From an uncultured Gammaproteobacteria bacterium (lineage in GTDB: Bacteria; Patescibacteriota; Microgenomatia; Daviesbacterales; UBA10151), in the NCBI GenBank assembly GCA_964394855.1, contig CAYMZD010000002.1, forward strand, positions 131,964 through 195,963: 64,000 bases of DNA. The letters are read 5' to 3'. This document shows, one piece after another, positions 1 to 10,809 of the stretch. The stretch's first letter is position 1. Each line of letters begins with the position of its first letter. The position numbers were made by a program, and so were the translations under genes. Below the pieces are notes generated by a model. That model was not told the DNA's origin and did no database searches. It saw only the letters and a program-made list of their open reading frames with translations.

Positions 1-223
1 AGCAATTGAGAGAGTTATGAGAGCCGGGGCCAAAGGGGTCAGAATAGTTTTATCTGGTAGAATCGGCGGTGCAGAAATTGCCCGAGTGGAACGAAAATCC
101 AATGGTACAATGCCGTTACATACCCTCCGCAGTGATATTGATTTTGTGGTTTATCCGGCTTTAACCAAATCTGGTTACATTGGTGTAAAAGTTTGGATTA
201 ACAAGGGGGAAGTGGAGATATAA
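1..223 (+). CDS. rpsC: 30S ribosomal protein S3, C-terminal fragment (gene starts upstream of window)
   Basis: ORF 17..223 translation matches S3 C-terminus (GAEIARVE...[11 protein letters not shown]); reading frame open to window edge; followed by L16 as in S10 operon. Confidence 0.8.
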   Translation, partial: AIERVMRAGAKGVRIVLSGRIGGAEIARVERKSNGTMPLHTLRSDIDFVVYPALTKSGYIGVKVWINKGEVEI

Positions 224-639
224 TGGCTTTATTAGCTCCCAAAAGGACAAAATTTAGAAAAGCTTTTAGGGGTAAAAGAGGTGGAATGGCAACCAGAAAT
301 AATAAAATTGCTTTTGGACAGTTTGGACTGAAAGCCATGGGGGTGGGATGGCTGACTTCTCGCCAAATTGAAGCAGCTAGACGAGCCATGACCAATTATA
401 CCAAAAGAGGCGGCCGAATTTGGATTAGGATTTTTCCTGATAAACCAATCACCAAACATCCGGCAGAAAGCAGGATGGGTTCAGGTAAAGGTGATGTAGA
501 AGGGTATGTGGCAGTTGTTAAGCCTGGGCAACTGATTTTTGAAATGGGAGCTGTCACACCAGTAGTAGCCAGAGAAGCTATGCGCTTGGCAGCCCACAAA
601 TTGCCGATTGAAACAAGATTTATTATCAAAGGAGAATAA
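223..639 (+). CDS. rplP: 50S ribosomal protein L16
   Basis: 138 aa, [13 protein letters not shown]...GKRGG motif typical of L16; operon position after S3. Confidence 0.9.
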   Translation: MALLAPKRTKFRKAFRGKRGGMATRNNKIAFGQFGLKAMGVGWLTSRQIEAARRAMTNYTKRGGRIWIRIFPDKPITKHPAESRMGSGKGDVEGYVAVVKPGQLIFEMGAVTPVVAREAMRLAAHKLPIETRFIIKGE

Positions 640-640
640 A

Positions 641-862
641 GTGAAAAAACAGCAGTTAAAAGAAATAAAAACAGCAGCGGTAGCAGAACTTAAGAGTAAA
701 TTAAGGCTTTATCAAAAAGAGCTGGCTTCTTTGGTGCTGGATAAAAATAGCAAAAAATTAAAAGACATTAAGGCTGTTTATAAAAAGAGAAAAGATATAG
801 CCCAAGTGTTAACAATTTTAAGACAGAAAGAATTGTTGAAGAAGATGGAGGCTAAAGTATGA
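641..862 (+). CDS. rpmC: 50S ribosomal protein L29 (probable GTG start)
   Basis: ORF 608..862; L29-like coiled-coil KKQQLKEIK...; in-frame GTG at 641 directly after L16 stop with GGAG 8 nt upstream gives canonical-size protein. Confidence 0.75.
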   Translation: MKKQQLKEIKTAAVAELKSKLRLYQKELASLVLDKNSKKLKDIKAVYKKRKDIAQVLTILRQKELLKKMEAKV

Positions 863-1206
863 TCGGACGGGTAGTTTCAACAAAAATGGCTAAAACCGCC
901 ACAGTCTTGATAGAGATGACCAAAAAGCACCCTTTGTATAAAAAAACTTATACCAGCAGTAAAAAATATCTGGTTTTAAACCCAATAGCAGTCGAAATAG
1001 GAGACATGGTGGAAATTGAAAAGATTAAACCGGTGTCAAAAAGAAAACATTGGAAAATAGTAAAAGTGGTGGGCAGGAATATTGAAGAGCTAGCAAAAGA
1101 GCAGTTAAAAGAAGCAGCTGCCAAGGAAGTAGCAGAAGTTATGGGACCAGAAAAGGAGGAGAAAGACGATGGTGCAACATCGGACAATTCTAAAAGTGGC
1201 AGATAA
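859..1206 (+). CDS. rpsQ: 30S ribosomal protein S17 with acidic/low-complexity C-terminal extension
   Basis: 115 aa; S17 OB-fold core [11 protein letters not shown]...; C-terminal 30 aa extension overlaps L14 start by 38 nt. Confidence 0.85.
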   Translation: MIGRVVSTKMAKTATVLIEMTKKHPLYKKTYTSSKKYLVLNPIAVEIGDMVEIEKIKPVSKRKHWKIVKVVGRNIEELAKEQLKEAAAKEVAEVMGPEKEEKDDGATSDNSKSGR

Positions 1207-1537
1207 TTCAGGAGCCAAACTATTGCAGGTTATTCAACCACTGGGTGGTTCGGGTAAGAAAAAAGCATCTCTAGGTGAGATGCTAGTAGCTGTTGTCAAA
1301 CAGGCTGATCCAGAAGCCCAGGTGAAGGATGGAGAAATAGTTAGGGCAATTTTAGTGCGTAGTAGAAAAGAAAAAAGGCGGGCGGATGGTTCTTATATAA
1401 AATTTGATGATAATGCGGCGGTGATAATAGATAAGGAAGGAAATTTAAAAGCTACCAGGATTTTTGGTCCGGTAGCAAGAGAAGTAAGAGAAGCGGGATA
1501 CAATAAGATTGTGTCTTTAGCGCAGGAGGTATGGTAA
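1169..1537 (+). CDS. rplN: 50S ribosomal protein L14
   Basis: 122 aa, [17 protein letters not shown] typical of L14. Confidence 0.9.
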   Translation: MVQHRTILKVADNSGAKLLQVIQPLGGSGKKKASLGEMLVAVVKQADPEAQVKDGEIVRAILVRSRKEKRRADGSYIKFDDNAAVIIDKEGNLKATRIFGPVAREVREAGYNKIVSLAQEVW

Positions 1538-1869
1538 TGAAGATAAAAAGGGGTGATAAAGTTTTAATTTTGTTAGGGAAAAACCGTGGTAAGGAAGCCA
1601 CAGTAGAAAAGGTGTTACTAAAGCATGGTCAGGTATTGGTGCCGGGAGTGAATGTTGTTAAAAGGCATGTGGGAAAAAGAGCGACTGGGGCAGAAGGTGG
1701 CATTATTGAAATTGCTAAACCAATTGATATTTCTAATGTGGCTTTAATTTGCCCAAATTGTGGAAAAGCCACCAGAGTTAAATTTAGAAAAGATGGCGGT
1801 ATCAAATTAAGAATATGCTTAAAATGCGGAAAGGAGTTTAAAGATATAAATGTCAAGACTAAAAGATAA
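1531..1869 (+). CDS. rplX: 50S ribosomal protein L24 with C-terminal CxxC-x17-CxxC zinc-ribbon
   Basis: KOW motif [17 protein letters not shown]; extra CPNCG...CLKCG segment. Confidence 0.85.
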   Translation: MVMKIKRGDKVLILLGKNRGKEATVEKVLLKHGQVLVPGVNVVKRHVGKRATGAEGGIIEIAKPIDISNVALICPNCGKATRVKFRKDGGIKLRICLKCGKEFKDINVKTKR

Positions 1870-2389
1870 ATATTTAAAAGAGGTTTTGCCAAAATTAATG
1901 ACAGAATTAAGTTTAAAAAATATATGGGCCGTGCCAAGACTTGGCAAAGTAGTAATTAATGTGGGTTTGGGGGAGGCCAAGGACAATCAGGGTATTTTAG
2001 AGAAGGTGTCAAGTTATTTGACAGCTTTATCAGGACAAAAACCACGGATAACTTCGGCTAAAAGATCTATTGCTAATTTTAAATTGAGCAAGGGTCAACC
2101 TATTGGTTTAATGGTGACACTGCGAGGTGATAAGATGTATAGCTTTTTAGATAAATTATTTAATATTGTACTTCCAAAGTTAAGAGATTTTAGGGGTATT
2201 TCCGCTGATTCTTTTGACTCATCAGGCAATTTTACCTTGGGGCTAAAAGAACAACTCATCTTTCCTGAAGTAGACTATAAAACTATTGATAAAATAAGAG
2301 GTTTGGCAGTGACAATTGTTACTTCTGGGAAAAAAGAGGAAGGTAAAAGGTTATTGGAGCTTTTAGGCATGCCGTTTAAAAAGGGGTAG
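1850..2389 (+). CDS. rplE: 50S ribosomal protein L5
   Basis: 179 aa, [13 protein letters not shown]... typical of L5. Confidence 0.9.
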   Translation: MSRLKDKYLKEVLPKLMTELSLKNIWAVPRLGKVVINVGLGEAKDNQGILEKVSSYLTALSGQKPRITSAKRSIANFKLSKGQPIGLMVTLRGDKMYSFLDKLFNIVLPKLRDFRGISADSFDSSGNFTLGLKEQLIFPEVDYKTIDKIRGLAVTIVTSGKKEEGKRLLELLGMPFKKG

Positions 2390-2392
2390 TTA

Positions 2393-2572
2393 TGGCAAAA
2401 AAGAGTAATTTTGTTAAAATTAAAGTTAAATTTAAAGTCCAAGAAAAAAATCGTTGTATGCGATGTGGTAGACCGCGGGCATATCTTCGTCGATTCGGTC
2501 TGTGCAGACTTTGTTTTAGAGATTTAGCTCATCAAGGGCAATTACCCGGGGTGAGGAAAGCGAGTTGGTGAA
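2393..2572 (+). CDS. rpsZ: 30S ribosomal protein S14 type Z (zinc-binding, 59 aa)
   Basis: Hand-translated ORF absent from track (below 60 aa): [59 protein letters not shown] with C-x2-C-x12-C-x2-C; sits exactly between L5 and S8. Confidence 0.8.
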
Positions 2573-2953
2573 ATGGTTTCAGATCCAGTTGGTGATGTAT
2601 TAATTAGAATAAAAAATAGCTACTTAGCCTCAAAAAGTGAGGTAATTGTGCCGTATTCAAAATTAGTATTTAATATTTGCCAGATTATTTTACAGGCAGG
2701 ATACTTATCTGATGTTAAAAATGAGGATAAAGTGCTGAAGTTAACTTTAAAATACCAAAACAGAGCTCCTGTTTTAACTGATGTCAAAAGGATTTCTAAA
2801 CCAGGCTTAAGGGTTTATAAGGGGTCAAGGGTTTTGCCATATGTACAAAATGGTTTAGGAATAGCTATTATCTCCACCCCACAGGGATTAATGACTGATA
2901 AGGAAGCTCGGCAGAAAGGAGTAGGAGGCGAAATAATGGCCTTCGTTTGGTAA
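2573..2953 (+). CDS. rpsH: 30S ribosomal protein S8
   Basis: 126 aa, S8-like; operon context. Confidence 0.9.
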   Translation: MVSDPVGDVLIRIKNSYLASKSEVIVPYSKLVFNICQIILQAGYLSDVKNEDKVLKLTLKYQNRAPVLTDVKRISKPGLRVYKGSRVLPYVQNGLGIAIISTPQGLMTDKEARQKGVGGEIMAFVW

Positions 2954-2954
2954 T

Positions 2955-3509
2955 ATGTCAAGAATAGGTCGTTTACCAATTAATATCCCCAGTGGTGTGA
3001 CTGTAGAAAAATCAAATAGTCGTGTGGTGGTTAAAGGAGCAAATGGTCGCTTGGAAATGGATATCAGTCCTAAGATTAGTGTGGAGGTGAGTCAGGATAA
3101 AATTTTGGTAACCAGAAAAGATGATCAAAAGTTAACCCGTTCCCTGCATGGATTAACCCGTTCACTTATCTACAATATGATAGTAGGGGTAAGTGAGGGC
3201 TGGTTCAAGAAATTACAGTTGGTGGGAGTTGGTTATAAGGCTTTGCAAACAGGAGATAAATTGATATTGTCAGTTGGTTTTTCTCATCCGGTTGAAATAC
3301 AAACTCCAACTGGAGTGACCCTAGAAGTTTTTGATAACACCAATATTACAGTTTCTGGGGTCGATAAACAACTTGTTGGTCAAGTGGCTGCCAAAATTAG
3401 AAAAATTAAACCACCAGAAGTTTATAAAGGTAAAGGGATCAGATATGAGGGTGAATATATTAGAAGAAAACAAGGTAAAGCAAGTAAGGTAGGTGTTGGG
3501 GGTAAATAA
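2955..3509 (+). CDS. rplF: 50S ribosomal protein L6
   Basis: 184 aa, MSRIGRLPI... typical of L6. Confidence 0.9.
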   Translation: MSRIGRLPINIPSGVTVEKSNSRVVVKGANGRLEMDISPKISVEVSQDKILVTRKDDQKLTRSLHGLTRSLIYNMIVGVSEGWFKKLQLVGVGYKALQTGDKLILSVGFSHPVEIQTPTGVTLEVFDNTNITVSGVDKQLVGQVAAKIRKIKPPEVYKGKGIRYEGEYIRRKQGKASKVGVGGK

Positions 3510-3512
3510 ACA

Positions 3513-3851
3513 ATGGATAAAAGTCTAAGATTAAGAAGACACAGCAGGATAAGAAAATATCTTAGGGGAACAACTACTGTTCCCAGAGTATCGGTTTTTC
3601 GGTCTGGTAAACATATCTATGTTCAAGTAGTTGATGATGTTCAAGGTAGAACCTTAGTTAGTCAGTCTGATTTAAGGTTAAAAAAGGGCACGCCCAAAAA
3701 AACAAGAGCCTATGAAGTCGGTAAAAAATTAGCAGAGAAAGCCAAAGTTAAAAAAATTACCAAAGTGGTATTTGACAGAGGTGGATTTCTGTATCATGGG
3801 AGAGTAGAAGAGCTGGCTCGGGGTTTGCGAGAAGGAGGTATTAAATTTTGA
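3513..3851 (+). CDS. rplR: 50S ribosomal protein L18
   Basis: 112 aa, basic, L18-like; operon context. Confidence 0.85.
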   Translation: MDKSLRLRRHSRIRKYLRGTTTVPRVSVFRSGKHIYVQVVDDVQGRTLVSQSDLRLKKGTPKKTRAYEVGKKLAEKAKVKKITKVVFDRGGFLYHGRVEELARGLREGGIKF

Positions 3852-4291
3852 TGGAAGAACAAGAATTTTTTGAAAAAGTCGTTCAAGTAAATAGAGTTTC
3901 CAAAAAAACTCAAGGTGGCGATAAAAGATCGTTGTCTGTTTTGGTGGTAGCAGGTGATAAGAGAGGAAAAGTAGGTGTTGGCTTGGGTAAAGCGGCTGAT
4001 GTACAATCGGCAGTTAAAAAAGCCACCGCCTATGCTAAAAAGCACCTAATTGAGGTTCCTCTTAAGGGTAGAACTATCCCTCATCAAATTTTAATTAAAA
4101 GAGGAGCAGCTAAAGTATTACTTAAACCAGCCCCTGAAGGAAGAGGGGTTATTGCTGGCGGAGCAGTTAGAGTAGTTGTGGAGGCAGCTGGTATCCACGA
4201 TATTGTTTCCAAAATTCTGGGCACCAAAAATCAAGCCTCAAATGTTTATGCCACACTTGAAGCACTGAAGAAATTGAAAGGAGTAAGATGA
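3848..4291 (+). CDS. rpsE: 30S ribosomal protein S5
   Basis: 147 aa, S5 dsRBD and C-terminal domain motifs (VVVAGDKRGKVGVGLGKA); followed directly by L15 with no L30 gene. Confidence 0.9.
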   Translation: MMEEQEFFEKVVQVNRVSKKTQGGDKRSLSVLVVAGDKRGKVGVGLGKAADVQSAVKKATAYAKKHLIEVPLKGRTIPHQILIKRGAAKVLLKPAPEGRGVIAGGAVRVVVEAAGIHDIVSKILGTKNQASNVYATLEALKKLKGVR

Positions 4292-4719
4292 GACTAGATG
4301 AGTTAGCAAAAATAAAAACAAAATCTCATAAACGCCTGGGGCGGGGAATTGCATCAGGAAAAGGTAAAACTGCCGCCCGGGGCAGCAAAGGACAAAAAGC
4401 AAGAGGTAAAATCCCAGCTCAATTTATTGGCGGCACCCTACCACTGTATAAAAAATTACCGCTTAAGAAAGGTCAAGGAAATAAATCAATCAAGGCGAAA
4501 GAGAAAATTTTATCTTTAGCAGATTTGCAAAGTTTTAAATCTGGGGAAGTGGTAAATTTGCAGACTCTTTTAGAACACCACTTAATCAGTCAACAAGACA
4601 TCAAAAAAGGTGTTAAAATTTTAAATAAAGGAGATGTAAAAAACGCCTTAATAGTTAAAGTGCCCATATCCAAATCGGCCAAAGAAAAAATTATTAAAGC
4701 GAAAGGAACGCTGGAGTGA
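4288..4719 (+). CDS. rplO: 50S ribosomal protein L15
   Basis: 143 aa, Gly/Lys-rich N-terminus typical of L15. Confidence 0.85.
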   Translation: MRLDELAKIKTKSHKRLGRGIASGKGKTAARGSKGQKARGKIPAQFIGGTLPLYKKLPLKKGQGNKSIKAKEKILSLADLQSFKSGEVVNLQTLLEHHLISQQDIKKGVKILNKGDVKNALIVKVPISKSAKEKIIKAKGTLE

Positions 4720-6008
4720 ATACTTCAATACTATCACCCATCTTTAATGCTTTTAGAATAAAAGAACTCCGTCAAAAAATTATCATGACGGTTTTGATAG
4801 TGATTATTTTTAGAATGATTGCTCATGTTCCAGTGGGAGGAATTGATTTAGAAGCAATGCGGGCTCTTTTTCAAAGCAATCAGTTTTTAGGCCTTTTGGA
4901 TATATTTTCTGGTGGAACTTTGGCTAACTTTTCCATCATCTCCTTGGGTTTAAATCCTTATATTAATGCCTCAATTATTATGCAGCTTTTAACCATGGTC
5001 TTTCCCAAGCTAGAAGAGTTATCAAAAGAAGGAGAGATGGGTAGGCAACAGATAAATCAATATACCAGAATGTTGACAATTCCGCTGGCTCTTGTGCAAT
5101 CAATAGGAATGTTTGTCTTACTTCGCAATCAAGGAGTCTTGGGAATGACAACTCCTCTGCAGATGACGTCCATTGTGGTGGGAATGACCGCGGGTACCAT
5201 TCTTTTAATGTGGTTGGGAGAGCTCATTAGCGAATACGGTATTGGTAATGGTATATCTTTGTTGATTTTTGCTGGGATAGTAGCCAGATTGCCGGTAGTT
5301 TTGACCCAAACTGCCTCTTTGGCCGATTCAGCCCAAATGTTGAATATCTTGGTATTTGCGATACTAGGTTTGGTGGTTATTTCGGGTATAGTTTTTATCA
5401 ATGAAGCTCGTCGACAAATTACTATCCAATATGCCAGAAGATTTATTGGAGGTAGGGAATCCGGTGGATCTCAAACATATTTACCCCTCCGGGTTAATCA
5501 AGCTGGAGTGATCCCTATTATTTTTGCTGTATCTTTAGTTTTGGTACCATCTTTTGCTGGTAGCTATTTAGCTGGGACTACTAATCCACAGCTTTCATTT
5601 TTGGGTCGCTTTTTGGTAGCCAATTTTCATCCCAGCAGCTTATTTTATAATAGCGTTTATTTTTTACTGGTGGTCGGTTTTACTTATTTTTATACGGCAG
5701 TTATTTTTAATCCCACTAAAATTGCCGATGAGATTAGAAAGGTAGGAGCCTTTATTCCTGGCATTAGACCAGGTAGCTCCACCACCTCCTATCTTAACTA
5801 TATTTTAGTAAGGATTACTCTGGCTGGAGCAATTTTTTTGGGGGTGGTGGCAATTTTACCATCAATAGCCTCTCAAATTACGGGAATCACCACATTAATT
5901 TTAGGTGGGACTGGAATGTTAATTGTGGTTTCGGTCATTATGGATACTGCCAAACAGTTTGAAAGTAAATTAATTGAACGAAGTTATGAAGGGTTTTTAA
6001 AAAGATGA
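4716..6008 (+). CDS. secY: Preprotein translocase subunit SecY
   Basis: 430 aa polytopic membrane protein with SecY signature regions; canonical position after L15. Confidence 0.9.
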   Translation: MNTSILSPIFNAFRIKELRQKIIMTVLIVIIFRMIAHVPVGGIDLEAMRALFQSNQFLGLLDIFSGGTLANFSIISLGLNPYINASIIMQLLTMVFPKLEELSKEGEMGRQQINQYTRMLTIPLALVQSIGMFVLLRNQGVLGMTTPLQMTSIVVGMTAGTILLMWLGELISEYGIGNGISLLIFAGIVARLPVVLTQTASLADSAQMLNILVFAILGLVVISGIVFINEARRQITIQYARRFIGGRESGGSQTYLPLRVNQAGVIPIIFAVSLVLVPSFAGSYLAGTTNPQLSFLGRFLVANFHPSSLFYNSVYFLLVVGFTYFYTAVIFNPTKIADEIRKVGAFIPGIRPGSSTTSYLNYILVRITLAGAIFLGVVAILPSIASQITGITTLILGGTGMLIVVSVIMDTAKQFESKLIERSYEGFLKR

Positions 6009-6544
6009 AAATACTCATCAGTGGGCCCATTGGTTCTGGTAAAACAACACAAGGGAAGCTGTTAGCTGCTTTTTTAAATATACCGCTTATTGGTACGGGT
6101 GAAGCTTTGCGCCAAATGGCAGAGGCACCAAATAGCTTGGGTGAAAAAATTAAACAGGAGCTTAAAAAGGGAGATTTAGTAGACGATAATCTGGTAGCCG
6201 AGGTTGTTAAGGAAAGAATATCTTGCGGGGATTGTCAAAATGGATTTGTCATGGATGGTTACCCTCGGGCATTTAGTCAACTTCAATTATTTGATCCAAA
6301 ATTTAACAAAGTATTTTATCTGCAAATTTTAGATGAGGAGATTATAAAAAGACTTATTAAAAGAGGCAGAAGCGATGATCAGCCAGATATTATTCAAAAA
6401 AGGTTGGCTCTTTATCATCAGCTGACTGAACCAGTACTGGCATATTTTAAAAATCAAGGGGTGCTTATAGAAATTGATGGTTTAGGAACCATCGATGAGA
6501 TTCAAAGAATGATCAGACAAAATCTAGATGAAACCAAGAAGTAA
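6005..6544 (+). CDS. adk: Adenylate kinase (short form)
   Basis: P-loop [13 protein letters not shown] region with CGDC; follows secY. Confidence 0.85.
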   Translation: MKILISGPIGSGKTTQGKLLAAFLNIPLIGTGEALRQMAEAPNSLGEKIKQELKKGDLVDDNLVAEVVKERISCGDCQNGFVMDGYPRAFSQLQLFDPKFNKVFYLQILDEEIIKRLIKRGRSDDQPDIIQKRLALYHQLTEPVLAYFKNQGVLIEIDGLGTIDEIQRMIRQNLDETKK

Positions 6545-7283
6545 GTATGAATTGAAATTGATGCGCCAAAGCGGCAAAATCACAGCTGCTGCTTTAAAAA
6601 AAGTTTTAGATAATATCAAGGTGGGAGTGAGTGCGCTAGATCTAGATAAACTGGCAGAGAAAGAAATTAAAAAATTAGGGGGAAAGCTTTCTTTTACCAC
6701 AGTTACAGGATACAGATGGGCAAGTTGTATTACCTTTAACGAACAAGTGGTGCATGGTATACCAACCGACAGAAAGCTAAAATTAGGTGATGTAGTCAGT
6801 ATTGATTTAGGAGTAGTCTATAAGGGTTGGCATACGGATGCTGCTTGGAGTGTTTTGGTAGGAGGTAAAAGGGAAAAGTTTTTAGAGGTTGGGGAAGAGG
6901 CCTTGTGGGAGGGAATATCCCAGGCGATAGATGGGAACACAGTAGGTGATATTTCATCTGCCATCCAGCAAAAAGTTGAAGGCGAAGGTTACTCTATGGT
7001 TCGAAGTTTGGTTGGGCACGGTGTTGGCAGAAGTTTGCATGAAGAGCCAGAAATTCCCGGATATGGAATTAAAGGAACAGGGATGCTACTAAAAAAAGGT
7101 ATGACTTTGGCGATTGAGGTGATTTATACACAGGGGAAAGCAGATGTTTTATTAGAAAGTGATGGCTGGACTATTTCCTCGAGCGATGGAAGTTTGGCAG
7201 GACTTTTTGAAATGAGTGTGGCGGTGGGAAAGGAGAAAGCAGAAGTTTTAACAGCCTGGCCAAATTTAAAAATTATAGGTTGA
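6528..7283 (+). CDS. map: Methionine aminopeptidase type I
   Basis: 251 aa, pita-bread fold metal ligands (D..D..H..E..E pattern), position after adk. Confidence 0.85.
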   Translation: MKPRSKYELKLMRQSGKITAAALKKVLDNIKVGVSALDLDKLAEKEIKKLGGKLSFTTVTGYRWASCITFNEQVVHGIPTDRKLKLGDVVSIDLGVVYKGWHTDAAWSVLVGGKREKFLEVGEEALWEGISQAIDGNTVGDISSAIQQKVEGEGYSMVRSLVGHGVGRSLHEEPEIPGYGIKGTGMLLKKGMTLAIEVIYTQGKADVLLESDGWTISSSDGSLAGLFEMSVAVGKEKAEVLTAWPNLKIIG

Positions 7284-7311
7284 TTTTCCAGCTAAGAGTT
7301 GTTAAAATAAC

Positions 7312-7557
7312 TTGTTTATGGATGACACTATTGAGGTAGAAGGCAAAGTGGTTGAAGTTTTACCTAACACCTTATTTAGAGTAGAGATTGAAAAAAGTGA
7401 AGGCTTGCCCGAACTTATTGGGCGGATCATTTTATGTCATATTTCTGGGAAAATGAGGATGCACTATATTAGACTTTTGGCAGGCGATAGGGTCAAAGTG
7501 GAAATGTCGCCAAGGTATGATCTGGATAAAGGTAGAATCACCTTTAGATTAAAATAA
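7312..7557 (+). CDS. infA: Translation initiation factor IF-1
   Basis: 81 aa S1-like OB fold, [18 protein letters not shown]. Confidence 0.85.
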   Translation: MFMDDTIEVEGKVVEVLPNTLFRVEIEKSEGLPELIGRIILCHISGKMRMHYIRLLAGDRVKVEMSPRYDLDKGRITFRLK

Positions 7558-7572
7558 GAACCTGAATATAAA

Positions 7573-7689
7573 ATGAAAGTACAGGCAAGTATAAAAAAAA
7601 GATGTAAATTTTGTAAAGTGGTCAAAAGGGAGGGCATTTTATATGTCATCTGCCCCCGTGACCCAAGGCACAAGCAAAGGCAAGGATAA
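7573..7689 (+). CDS. rpmJ: 50S ribosomal protein L36
   Basis: Hand-translated 38 aa: [38 protein letters not shown] (C-x2-C...C...H zinc ribbon); between infA and rpsM. Confidence 0.8.
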   Translation: MKVQASIKKRCKFCKVVKREGILYVICPRDPRHKQRQG

Positions 7690-7692
7690 AAT

Positions 7693-8088
7693 ATGGCTAG
7701 AATTGCAGGAGTTGATTTACCAGAGGGAAAACGAGTAGATATCGGTTTGACCTATATTTTTGGTATAGGTCGCTCTAATGTGGTGGAAGTTTTAAAAGAG
7801 GCCAAAGTGTCATCAGCCAAAAGGATAAAGGATTTGACTGAAGAGGAAATTAATAAATTGCAAAAGGCGCTGGAGCGGTTTAAGGTGGAGGGTGATCTGC
7901 ATCAAGAGATACAGCAAAATATTAAAAGGTTAGAAGAAATTGGCAGTTACAGGGGACTTAGGCACAAGAGAGGTTTACCAGTCAGAGGGCAAAGAACCAG
8001 ATCAAATGCCAGGACTAAAAGAGGGAAAAGACAAACTGTGGGTACGGTGCGAAAAGAAGTAACGGCTAAAATGGGAGGAACTAAATAA
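7693..8088 (+). CDS. rpsM: 30S ribosomal protein S13
   Basis: 131 aa, [10 protein letters not shown]... typical of S13. Confidence 0.9.
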   Translation: MARIAGVDLPEGKRVDIGLTYIFGIGRSNVVEVLKEAKVSSAKRIKDLTEEEINKLQKALERFKVEGDLHQEIQQNIKRLEEIGSYRGLRHKRGLPVRGQRTRSNARTKRGKRQTVGTVRKEVTAKMGGTK

Positions 8089-8486
8089 TGGCTAAACAAA
8101 AAATAGCAATTAAAAGAAATAAAAAACAGACAGGAAAAACATTTACTGCGGGTAGAGTTTATGTTACTGCTACCTTTAATAATACTTTAGTGACATTGAC
8201 CGATACCACTGGTGATACTCTGTCCTGGAATTCTTCTGGTGCAGCCGGTTTTAAAGGAGCCAGGAAGGCTACTCCCTTTGCTGCTATTTCAGCGGTAGAG
8301 GTAATTGCCCAGAAAGCAAGAGAGTTGGGAATGAAGGCAGTTGAAGTATTTATCAAAGGTCCTGGTCCGGGAAGAGATGCAGCCATCAGAGCCCTAAGAG
8401 GCGCAGGTATAAATATTACCATGATTGCTGATGTCACACCCATTCCCCACAATGGTCCCAGAGCCAAAAAAAGGAGACGGGTATAA
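8088..8486 (+). CDS. rpsK: 30S ribosomal protein S11
   Basis: 132 aa S11-like. Confidence 0.9.
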   Translation: MAKQKIAIKRNKKQTGKTFTAGRVYVTATFNNTLVTLTDTTGDTLSWNSSGAAGFKGARKATPFAAISAVEVIAQKARELGMKAVEVFIKGPGPGRDAAIRALRGAGINITMIADVTPIPHNGPRAKKRRRV

Positions 8487-9088
8487 TGGCACGTTATATT
8501 GGACCAAAAAGAAGATTATCAAGGCGAGAAGGGATGGCTTTATTTGCTAAAGATGCTAGAGCACTAGAGCGAAAAGGGATAGTTCCACCAGGTCAACACG
8601 GTTTGGGAAGACGTAGAAGAGCTTCCGAATATGGGTTGCAACTTAGAGAGAAACAAAAAGCAAAAAGATTGTTTGGTATTTTGGAGAGGCAATTTAGAAG
8701 ATATTTTAAAGAGGCAAGTAAAGTTAAAGGGGCAACAGGTAAGGCACTTCTTGAAATACTGGAAACAAGATTAGATAATGTAGTATATAGGCTGGGTTTT
8801 ACTAAAAGTCGGGCAGAAGCAAGGCAATTAGTTAGCCATGGGCATATTACAGTAGATGGCCAAAAAATTGACATCCCCTCATACAATGTTAAAGCAGGCC
8901 AAGTAGTTGCATTATCACCTAAATTAGTGGATAATATACAGGTCAAAAAGAACTTGCAGGAGGGGGTAACCTTGCCTGGGTGGCTTCAGAAGAAAGCTAT
9001 CAGTGGCAAGGTTTTAAAAATGCCCGAAAGGGAAGATATGGAACAATCGGTTGATGAACAATTAATCGTTGAGTATTATAGTCGTTAA
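8486..9088 (+). CDS. rpsD: 30S ribosomal protein S4
   Basis: 200 aa, MARYIGPKRRLSRREG... plus S4 RNA-binding domain. Confidence 0.9.
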   Translation: MARYIGPKRRLSRREGMALFAKDARALERKGIVPPGQHGLGRRRRASEYGLQLREKQKAKRLFGILERQFRRYFKEASKVKGATGKALLEILETRLDNVVYRLGFTKSRAEARQLVSHGHITVDGQKIDIPSYNVKAGQVVALSPKLVDNIQVKKNLQEGVTLPGWLQKKAISGKVLKMPEREDMEQSVDEQLIVEYYSR

Positions 9089-9095
9089 TTGATAT

Positions 9096-10001
9096 ATGTT
9101 TAAAGTTAAGAAAGAATTAGAAAAAGGAAACTTTGTGAAGTTTGTATTGGAACCTTTAGAGGCTGGTTTTGGTCATACCCTTGGTAACAGTTTAAGGAGG
9201 GTGCTTTTAACTTCTCTAGATGGAGCAGCAGTGACCTCTGTTAGAATAGAGGGGGTGGCACATCAATTTTCCACTATTGCAGGAGTAAGTGAGGATGTGA
9301 CAGAGATTCTTTTGAATATTAAAAAACTTAGAATCAAGCTGCATTCTGATAAACCAATCAAATTAACACTAAAAGTATCAGGTAAGAAAGAAGTTACCGT
9401 CAAAGATATAGAAGTTTTGGGTGACGGAGAAGTAGTTAATCTAGATCAACATATTGCTACTTTAAATAGTGCCAATGCTAAACTCAATATGGAGATGACT
9501 GCAGAAGCTGGCAAGGGTTATTCAATATCAGATGAGCGTAAATTAAATGAAATAGGTCTAATTGCTGTGGATGCGCTTTTTTCTCCAGTGTTAGATGTCA
9601 ATTATAGCATTGAATCAACCCGGGTGGGTAGAAGAACTGACTTAGACAAGCTAATTTTAGAGATTACCACTGATGGTACCATGACACCTCAAGAGTCTTT
9701 AGAAGAGGCAGCCAAAATTCTTTCCCTCTCCTTTAAACAAATCTTCGAGCCTATAGTCGAAGTGGAAGATGATGGTTTAAAAAGCCAAGGTGCAGTTTTT
9801 GATGAGGTTTTAAAGATGAGTGTAGAAGAGATTGACTTACCTGTCCGTATCACCAATGCCCTAAAAGCTATTGATATAAATACTATTGAGGATTTGATAA
9901 AAATGCCAAGAGGACAACTTTTGAAAGCCAAAAACTTAGGTACCAAATCTTTAAGTCTTATTTCAGAAAAACTTTCAGAGAGGGGGTTGTCCCTCCAGTG
10001 A
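9096..10001 (+). CDS. rpoA: DNA-directed RNA polymerase subunit alpha
   Basis: 301 aa, N-terminal dimerisation domain and C-terminal CTD. Confidence 0.9.
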   Translation: MFKVKKELEKGNFVKFVLEPLEAGFGHTLGNSLRRVLLTSLDGAAVTSVRIEGVAHQFSTIAGVSEDVTEILLNIKKLRIKLHSDKPIKLTLKVSGKKEVTVKDIEVLGDGEVVNLDQHIATLNSANAKLNMEMTAEAGKGYSISDERKLNEIGLIAVDALFSPVLDVNYSIESTRVGRRTDLDKLILEITTDGTMTPQESLEEAAKILSLSFKQIFEPIVEVEDDGLKSQGAVFDEVLKMSVEEIDLPVRITNALKAIDINTIEDLIKMPRGQLLKAKNLGTKSLSLISEKLSERGLSLQ

Positions 10002-10420
10002 GGCATAGAGTTTATGGTAGAAAACTTACGAGAAATAAAAATCAAAGAACTGCACTTTTTAAAAATTTAGTGCAAAGTTTAATTTTACACGGTAGTATTA
10101 AAACCACCGAGGCTAAAGTTAAAGCGGTCAAGGGCTTGGTTGATAAAATTATTAACCAAGCAAAAAGTCAAAACAGCAAAGTACAAACTTTTTTAACAAA
10201 CAAAGAAGTTAGGGAAAAACTGCTTAAAGAGATTATTCCCACCTTAAAAAATAGAAACTCTGGCTATACTTCTTTTGTGAGATTGGGCCCCAGAAAAGGA
10301 GATGGAGCTATGATGATGAGGATGTCTTTATTGGTCAACGAAGAAGAAAAGTTAACACCTTCCTTAAAAACTCGTGATGGACGATCTAGTAGAAACAAAA
10401 AACCAAAAACCAAAAAATGA
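9998..10420 (+). CDS. rplQ: 50S ribosomal protein L17
   Basis: 140 aa, MRHRVYGRKL... typical of L17. Confidence 0.85.
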   Translation: MRHRVYGRKLTRNKNQRTALFKNLVQSLILHGSIKTTEAKVKAVKGLVDKIINQAKSQNSKVQTFLTNKEVREKLLKEIIPTLKNRNSGYTSFVRLGPRKGDGAMMMRMSLLVNEEEKLTPSLKTRDGRSSRNKKPKTKK

Positions 10421-10809
10421 GCACGGTCAGATTATCAGCTAAAGATATTAGAAGGGAAAAACATGTCATTGATGCCAATGGTAAAATTTTAGGAAGATTG
10501 GCCACAGAGGTGGCCAGGCTTTTGCAAGGAAAACACAAGACATACTTTGTGCCCTATTTGGATACAGGAGATTTGGTGGTGGTAACCAATGCTGCCAAAG
10601 TAAAAGTTAGTGGTAAAAAAGCAACTGATAAATTCTATATCCGTCATTCAGGATATCCAGGGGGTTTAAAGGAAGAAAGTTTTAACAAGCTCATCAGTAG
10701 AAGACCAGAAGTTATTATTGAACATGCAGTCAAAGGGATGTTGCCTAAAAATAAATTGGGAAGAGCTAGATTTAAAAAATTAAAAGTTTTTGCTGGGGAG
10801 GAAGAATAA
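10417..10809 (+). CDS. rplM: 50S ribosomal protein L13
   Basis: 130 aa L13-like. Confidence 0.85.
   Translation: MSTVRLSAKDIRREKHVIDANGKILGRLATEVARLLQGKHKTYFVPYLDTGDLVVVTNAAKVKVSGKKATDKFYIRHSGYPGGLKEESFNKLISRRPEVIIEHAVKGMLPKNKLGRARFKKLKVFAGEEE

Noticed and set aside
5129-5401. Numerous minus- or plus-strand ORFs of 60-200 aa nested inside longer genes (for example 5129..5401, 8159..8467, 17533..18138, 23152..23418, 40057..40671, 48650..49021)
   Set aside because: All are antisense or frame-shifted overlaps of strongly supported genes (SecY, S11, MTase, RecA, SecD, aaRS) with biased composition, so they are shadow ORFs.
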